34,037 bases of DNA from a virus, in the IMG/VR virus record IMGVR_UViG_3300020050_007616, positions 1 to 34,037 of that record, one strand, 5' to 3'. This document shows positions 29,731 through 34,037 of the stretch, piece by piece. Each line of letters opens with the position of its first letter. The first letter of the stretch is position 1. Made by a program: the position numbers and the translations under genes. The notes under the pieces are model-generated. The model worked only from the letters and a program-made list of their open reading frames with translations. It did no database searches and had not been told where the DNA came from.

Positions 29731-31008
29731 TTACACTGACAGTGCTACACCGCAGCGCATTGGGTCGCGCACAGTAACACCCCACCAGGTGAACATGCGG
29801 TAACGGAATGTCATATCATTGATGTTGCCATCATAGACCATGTACATTTTTTGGCCGTTGCTCATGTTCTCGGAAATTACTTTCTTGCCTGCAAAGCTCG
29901 ACATCAGATCCGCTGGGATACTGCCAGACAGAACCTCAACTGCATCCATATCAAAGAACAGGTTGGTTTTGTAAGACGCGGCGGTATTGATCCGGTTTAC
30001 AGTCGCACCGTTCAGGATACGGGTGTTGATGTTTGCGTAAGCCTTTTGCAGTGTTGACAATGCTGGATCATCAACGGCAATCGGTTTTGGATATACCGTA
30101 ATGCTGGTGCCAGTTGGTTTTGCAACAACGGTAAAGGTTCGCGCTTGGCCGGTTGCAACTTTATCAGAGGAACCAACAGCCTGTACCGCTGTACCGCCGT
30201 TTGCAAACGTAATTTTATCGCCAACGTTGTAAGACGCCGATGCTGCCACCGCAATGGTTGCAGATCGATAATCAACGTTAGTAACAATACCTGTTGCAGC
30301 GTCAACAGAACCACCTTGGGGTGCAAAAGACTGGTTGCCGGTAACAGTTGTTGCAGGGTCGGCGCCGCCCGCTAAGGTTGGCAGGAAAGAGCCGGTATGG
30401 ACGTCAAAACTAGCTACGTTCGCGCCAATCTGGCCGGTACGCCACACTTCATCTGGACGGCCCTGCAGGGTTTGACGTGCTGCTAAGTCGCTTGAGAACT
30501 TCAGAGTATCACGATCATTCAGCACAAAGTGGCGACTAGTTTGGTTGCGCTGTTGCTCGTTCATAACAGCTTGAGCTTCAGCAATAAAGTTATAGCCAGA
30601 AGTGGCGGCAGACTTATAAGCCAAAGAACCTTGGGTGGCAATGGCGTTAGCAATTGTCTTGTTCAGCTCTGTAGCTTGCTGCATACCGGAACGCACACCG
30701 CGACGACGCCAGAAATCCATGTCGCGCATATCATCTGCACGAACGGACACAAAGTCGTTTTTAGGAGTGCCCAAGATTGCTGGGTAGGTTTCTTCGATAA
30801 TGCCGGTTTCTTGGCCAGTTAAATCCCAACCATCTAAAATAGTGGCTTGCTGCTCTACTGGACGCCATACGACGTTGTTAGAGTTTTGCATGCCGCCGCC
30901 TTCTGGCTCAAAACGGGATACAAGATCAACCAACATAGTTTGATCTTTGATAGTATCAAGAGAGCTTTCAAAAAGTACTTCGGCAATTTTGCCGGTGATA
31001 TTAGCCAT
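29731..31008 (-). CDS. Major capsid protein (P22 gp5-like coat)
   Basis: 425 aa (P22 coat is about 430 aa). NNVVWRPVEQQATILDGWDLTGQETG and NDFVSVRADDMRDMDFWRRR parallel the remembered P22 segments [20 protein letters not shown] and [20 protein letters not shown]. Confidence 0.85.
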   Translation of the reverse strand: MANITGKIAEVLFESSLDTIKDQTMLVDLVSRFEPEGGGMQNSNNVVWRPVEQQATILDGWDLTGQETGIIEETYPAILGTPKNDFVSVRADDMRDMDFWRRRGVRSGMQQATELNKTIANAIATQGSLAYKSAATSGYNFIAEAQAVMNEQQRNQTSRHFVLNDRDTLKFSSDLAARQTLQGRPDEVWRTGQIGANVASFDVHTGSFLPTLAGGADPATTVTGNQSFAPQGGSVDAATGIVTNVDYRSATIAVAASASYNVGDKITFANGGTAVQAVGSSDKVATGQARTFTVVAKPTGTSITVYPKPIAVDDPALSTLQKAYANINTRILNGATVNRINTAASYKTNLFFDMDAVEVLSGSIPADLMSSFAGKKVISENMSNGQKMYMVYDGNINDMTFRYRMFTWWGVTVRDPMRCGVALSV

Positions 31009-31018
31009 GATTTATCCT

Positions 31019-32026
31019 TTACCATTCACGAGTATTAACATTTGATGCCTTCGCCTGTCGCTTAATTTGAAACGCTAGTTGAGAGTTTCCTTTACTGTGC
31101 GCCTCTTTATATTTGCGATAAAGAGCAGTATCAGAAGCGCTCAATCCTTCGTCGCCTTTTATGGATGGCGTTGGCGCTGGTGCTTGTGTTTTCTTTTTGG
31201 CGGCAAATGTTAAATCGCCTTTGATTTCCCCAATCATCACCGCCGCTTTTAGTCCGGTCGGGTCAGAAAGAAAGGAATCTTTTAGCGCTTTAAGCTTTGA
31301 AGGATTGCGCCCTAAGTGATACATCACTTTTTCAGAGCCTTCACCAACTGTGGCGATAATGTTTTCAGCAACCATGTCACCATAACCTGGCATTGCTGCG
31401 TCTAACGTTTCGCGCACCTTCTGATCTGCTGATCGATAAACTTCCTCAGAAATTCCGTTCTCAGCTGCCAGCTTTGCCGCCCGAAGGTAGTGCTCATCGA
31501 CTTGTTTGTTAAGGCGCTCCTGTGCTTCTCGCTGCTTGCGCGTCATGTCTTCTTGCTCACGACTCTTGTTTGACTGGATTGATTTCCACTCTAACATCGC
31601 ATCCAGATAAGCTTCTTCAGGGTCGTCACTAGAGAAAAAGTCTTCACGCTTTGGTTTGCCTGATAATGCCGCCGCTGGCTTAATGCCAGACTTTAGCGAC
31701 TCGACTTCCTCGCGTAACGTCTTTAGCTCCATCTCCTTGTCATCGAGCTTGCCCTTTAGCTTTGCGCGCAACTTAATGTGTGCCGCTAACGGGACATCCT
31801 TACCTTCATGCAAGGCCTCTACTTCTTCCTCGCTCTGCATCCAAGATTCAGACTCAGTTTGTTTGCTTGACGCGCTTTCTGACTCCGCTTTGTCATCATG
31901 CACTACATGCTCAACTTCGCCCACGTCATCTTCGCCATACTCATTACCGGCAGTTTGCGGAATGTCGGCACTTTCTAACGATAATTTCGCGTTTTCCTCT
32001 TTCAGCTCTTTTAGGCTTTGGGCCAT
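31019..32026 (-). CDS. Scaffolding protein
   Basis: 335 aa. Highly charged and helical. Lies between the portal and coat genes. Confidence 0.65.
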   Translation of the reverse strand: MAQSLKELKEENAKLSLESADIPQTAGNEYGEDDVGEVEHVVHDDKAESESASSKQTESESWMQSEEEVEALHEGKDVPLAAHIKLRAKLKGKLDDKEMELKTLREEVESLKSGIKPAAALSGKPKREDFFSSDDPEEAYLDAMLEWKSIQSNKSREQEDMTRKQREAQERLNKQVDEHYLRAAKLAAENGISEEVYRSADQKVRETLDAAMPGYGDMVAENIIATVGEGSEKVMYHLGRNPSKLKALKDSFLSDPTGLKAAVMIGEIKGDLTFAAKKKTQAPAPTPSIKGDEGLSASDTALYRKYKEAHSKGNSQLAFQIKRQAKASNVNTREW

Positions 32027-32177
32027 TTATAACCTCGTTTTGGTAACGGTAAACCACAGATAACCCACTGTGTATGGGTGCATGAAACCGTCATGCGAGC
32101 GTAGCTATATATTACCATTGTCTTTGTCAAGTGCGCAAACTTTCAAAATAACTGGCATTTTATTTATTGGCATCAAC

Positions 32178-32197
32178 AAAAAACCCGCCGAAGCGGG
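32178..32197 (-). terminator. Rho-independent terminator after the portal gene
   Basis: Minus strand: CCCGC-TTCG-GCGGG followed by TTTTTT. Confidence 0.65.
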
Positions 32198-32204
32198 CTT
32201 GTTT

Positions 32205-34037
32205 TTACTGTGTTGCTCTCCCTCGCAATCCTTGCCCAAGCTTTGATAGCGTGTCTAATTGATACCCTACGCTTTGGTTTTGAATGCTTCCTGCTTCTGC
32301 CATTTTCTTGATTGTATCGGCGTCCTTGTTGCGTATGTTTGAAATGATTTCGGCCTCCTTTAATCGCGCGTCATTACCATCAACAGAAGCTTTCTGCTGT
32401 AGATTCATAACGTCAATTTGTTGCGCCTGCTGTTTTAGTTGAAGTTCAAATTCCTGAACTTGCGCTTTTTTCATTTCTGCCATTGCCAACACCATGTTCG
32501 GGTCTTGCTGGCCTTGCTGCGACTGTTGAGCTTGAACTAACAACTGCTCTTCTTCTGGCGTTTCTGGCTTGCGAATGCCCATTAAAACAAGCTGATTATT
32601 CGCATAATCACGGACATCATCAAAATCAACACCGCCCATAAGTTTTAGCTTTTTAAGCATCAGGATATTTCGCAGTGGGTCTTGCGGCAATAGATCAGCA
32701 ATTGCAGTCGATAACTGGTCTAGTGTTTGCTCTTTGCGTGTAGTGTATGACTGGCCGATGTCTGCGAACACGTCAAACTCTAGGCCGGTGATGTCATTAA
32801 CAGCAATAATTTCGCCGGTCTGCTTATCTACAACGGTATCCATTATCTTAGCTTTTTTCCGCGTCCCGTCTGGTAGCGTTAATGTTACCTCTCGTGGCGT
32901 ATCAATAACCTCTGAGGCCATACTTGCGAATATCTCGCCATCCCTGCGTTTTGCAAATTTCATGTGGTCTTGATAGACATAAGTCTGACGGTCTAGCATG
33001 TTTTGCAACGCAACAACCGCCTTCCCGCTTAGATCATTGTCTGCGATGTTTTGCGGCAATCCCGGATCAGCTACATCCTCAATAGCTCCACGAGTTATAT
33101 CAATACTTGCCGCCAAGGCTTGCGGAATTGGCTGATCTAGCAGCTGACCAACAGGCCCCAATGGTAGTGGCCTGCCAGTCTTATCAACCATGTTTTGCAA
33201 CAGGTACGGGTAGTTGTTATCCGCGCCATTTGCTTCATACATGAACTCGAAGCCTGATATTTGCTCACTAGTAAATATAGGTTTTGGGCGTGGGCTTCTG
33301 CTGACCATATCGGCAAGATATGATAGCTGGAAGTTGCGCAAGCGTTGCGGGTCTTTTGCGAGTCGTGTTACGCCCTCGTAATGTTCTTCACCCTCTATGA
33401 ATGCGCGCTCGCCGTAAGCAGGAACGATAGGAATGTGCTGGCCTGCAATCCTTGCACTGTAGATTATCTCGCTTCCAGACGCGATATAGAGCGTAACAAC
33501 ATTGCGCTCTACCTTCTTTTCTCCAGTGATTTCAAAGCCTGCGTCGATCAGCTCGTCTTCGATCTTCGCCAGATCAAAATCACGCATAACAATTTCCTGA
33601 CCTAGCGGGTCAGTTAAAAATATGTTTTTCTCTTCTTTAACTTCGCTATGGAAGAACCGCGTGACGTAATAAATATCGCCAGACACCCATGGGAATGCAA
33701 ACGACTGATTAGGTGACGCAAAGTTTGAAATAACAACGTCAGATTCTGGGATGTTAGACAGCTTAGCCACCAGCGCCTTGTATCCATCTTCTGAGTAGCT
33801 CTCCAGCGCTGATACGTAAGTTGCATCTGACTTATCAAGCATTTTGGCGTTTGGGTCCCAAAACACCTTGTTGTTTGCCTCATAAATAGGGCGTCGCTTG
33901 AGTGTTTGGAGCTTGTCACCGAGCGCGCTTGTTTCGTAATCCGCATAAAGCTCCCATGCGCCTACGCCGCAAACGACCATTTCTTGCATTGCGTTGTTAT
34001 ACGCTTCAACCGAAAAGTTTTGTCGGTCTACACTGCG
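32205..34037 (-). CDS. Portal protein (P22 gp1-like), C-terminal 610 codons. The frame stays open to the window end and continues at 406-122.
   Basis: GQHIPIVPAYGERAFIEGEEHYEGVTRLAKDPQRLRN and DYANNQLVLMGIRKPETPEEEQLLVQAQQSQQGQQDP parallel the remembered P22 portal segments. The joined length is about 705 aa. Confidence 0.9.
   Translation of the reverse strand, partial: RSVDRQNFSVEAYNNAMQEMVVCGVGAWELYADYETSALGDKLQTLKRRPIYEANNKVFWDPNAKMLDKSDATYVSALESYSEDGYKALVAKLSNIPESDVVISNFASPNQSFAFPWVSGDIYYVTRFFHSEVKEEKNIFLTDPLGQEIVMRDFDLAKIEDELIDAGFEITGEKKVERNVVTLYIASGSEIIYSARIAGQHIPIVPAYGERAFIEGEEHYEGVTRLAKDPQRLRNFQLSYLADMVSRSPRPKPIFTSEQISGFEFMYEANGADNNYPYLLQNMVDKTGRPLPLGPVGQLLDQPIPQALAASIDITRGAIEDVADPGLPQNIADNDLSGKAVVALQNMLDRQTYVYQDHMKFAKRRDGEIFASMASEVIDTPREVTLTLPDGTRKKAKIMDTVVDKQTGEIIAVNDITGLEFDVFADIGQSYTTRKEQTLDQLSTAIADLLPQDPLRNILMLKKLKLMGGVDFDDVRDYANNQLVLMGIRKPETPEEEQLLVQAQQSQQGQQDPNMVLAMAEMKKAQVQEFELQLKQQAQQIDVMNLQQKASVDGNDARLKEAEIISNIRNKDADTIKKMAEAGSIQNQSVGYQLDTLSKLGQGLRGRATQ
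33917..34037. repeat. Terminal direct repeat, copy B (identical to 1-121)
   Basis: See copy A. Confidence 0.95.

Noticed and set aside
1-34037. Search for tRNA genes, reverse transcriptase/DGR, integrase/attP, toxin-antitoxin pairs
   Set aside because: No T-arm-like GGTTCGAATCC-type sequence, RT motif (YxDD), tyrosine or serine recombinase motif, or obvious TA pair was seen by eye. This absence is not proven without tRNAscan or HMM searches.

Overview
The window looks like one complete phage genome. The first 121 nt (1-121) are identical to the last 121 nt (33917-34037), so the unit length is about 33,916 bp. The portal gene is split across the window ends. Gene order, all recognised by eye and needing HMM confirmation: (i) A long minus-strand morphogenesis operon with P22-like content and order. 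It reads small and large terminase, portal, scaffold, coat, gp4-like adaptor, gp10-like hub, gp26-like needle, three ejection-protein-position ORFs, then a beta-helix tailspike. It runs from 2330 down through the window junction to 19322. (ii) A minus-strand early-left operon (10211 down to 4872) with a small HTH protein, a Toprim/RepA-type primase-helicase and many tiny overlapping ORFs. (iii) A plus-strand operon (10361-18308) with a Sak4-like ATPase, a DUF669 SSB-like protein, a Cas4/RecB-like nuclease, an SF2 helicase, a VRR-NUC nuclease, an HTH protein, DUF3310, an M15 endolysin and a TraR/DksA zinc finger. No integrase, CI-type repressor, tRNA or CRISPR array was seen. Points worth a second look: an intact IS200/IS605 element (tnpA plus a catalytically complete tnpB) at the early/late junction. 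A putative origin with three DnaA boxes and TAGGGGG iterons. A 17-bp inverted-repeat motif placed at a fixed distance from -10 boxes in front of several genes. A candidate small RNA with a near-consensus promoter and a terminator. A GNAT-like ORF inside the ejection-protein cassette. An antisense small ORF in a gap of the tail operon. A 23-bp perfect palindromic operator in the divergent control region. Two free-standing homing-endonuclease-like genes. A tailspike that is AT-richer by eye. All protein-family calls come from motifs read by eye and from synteny. No database search was possible.
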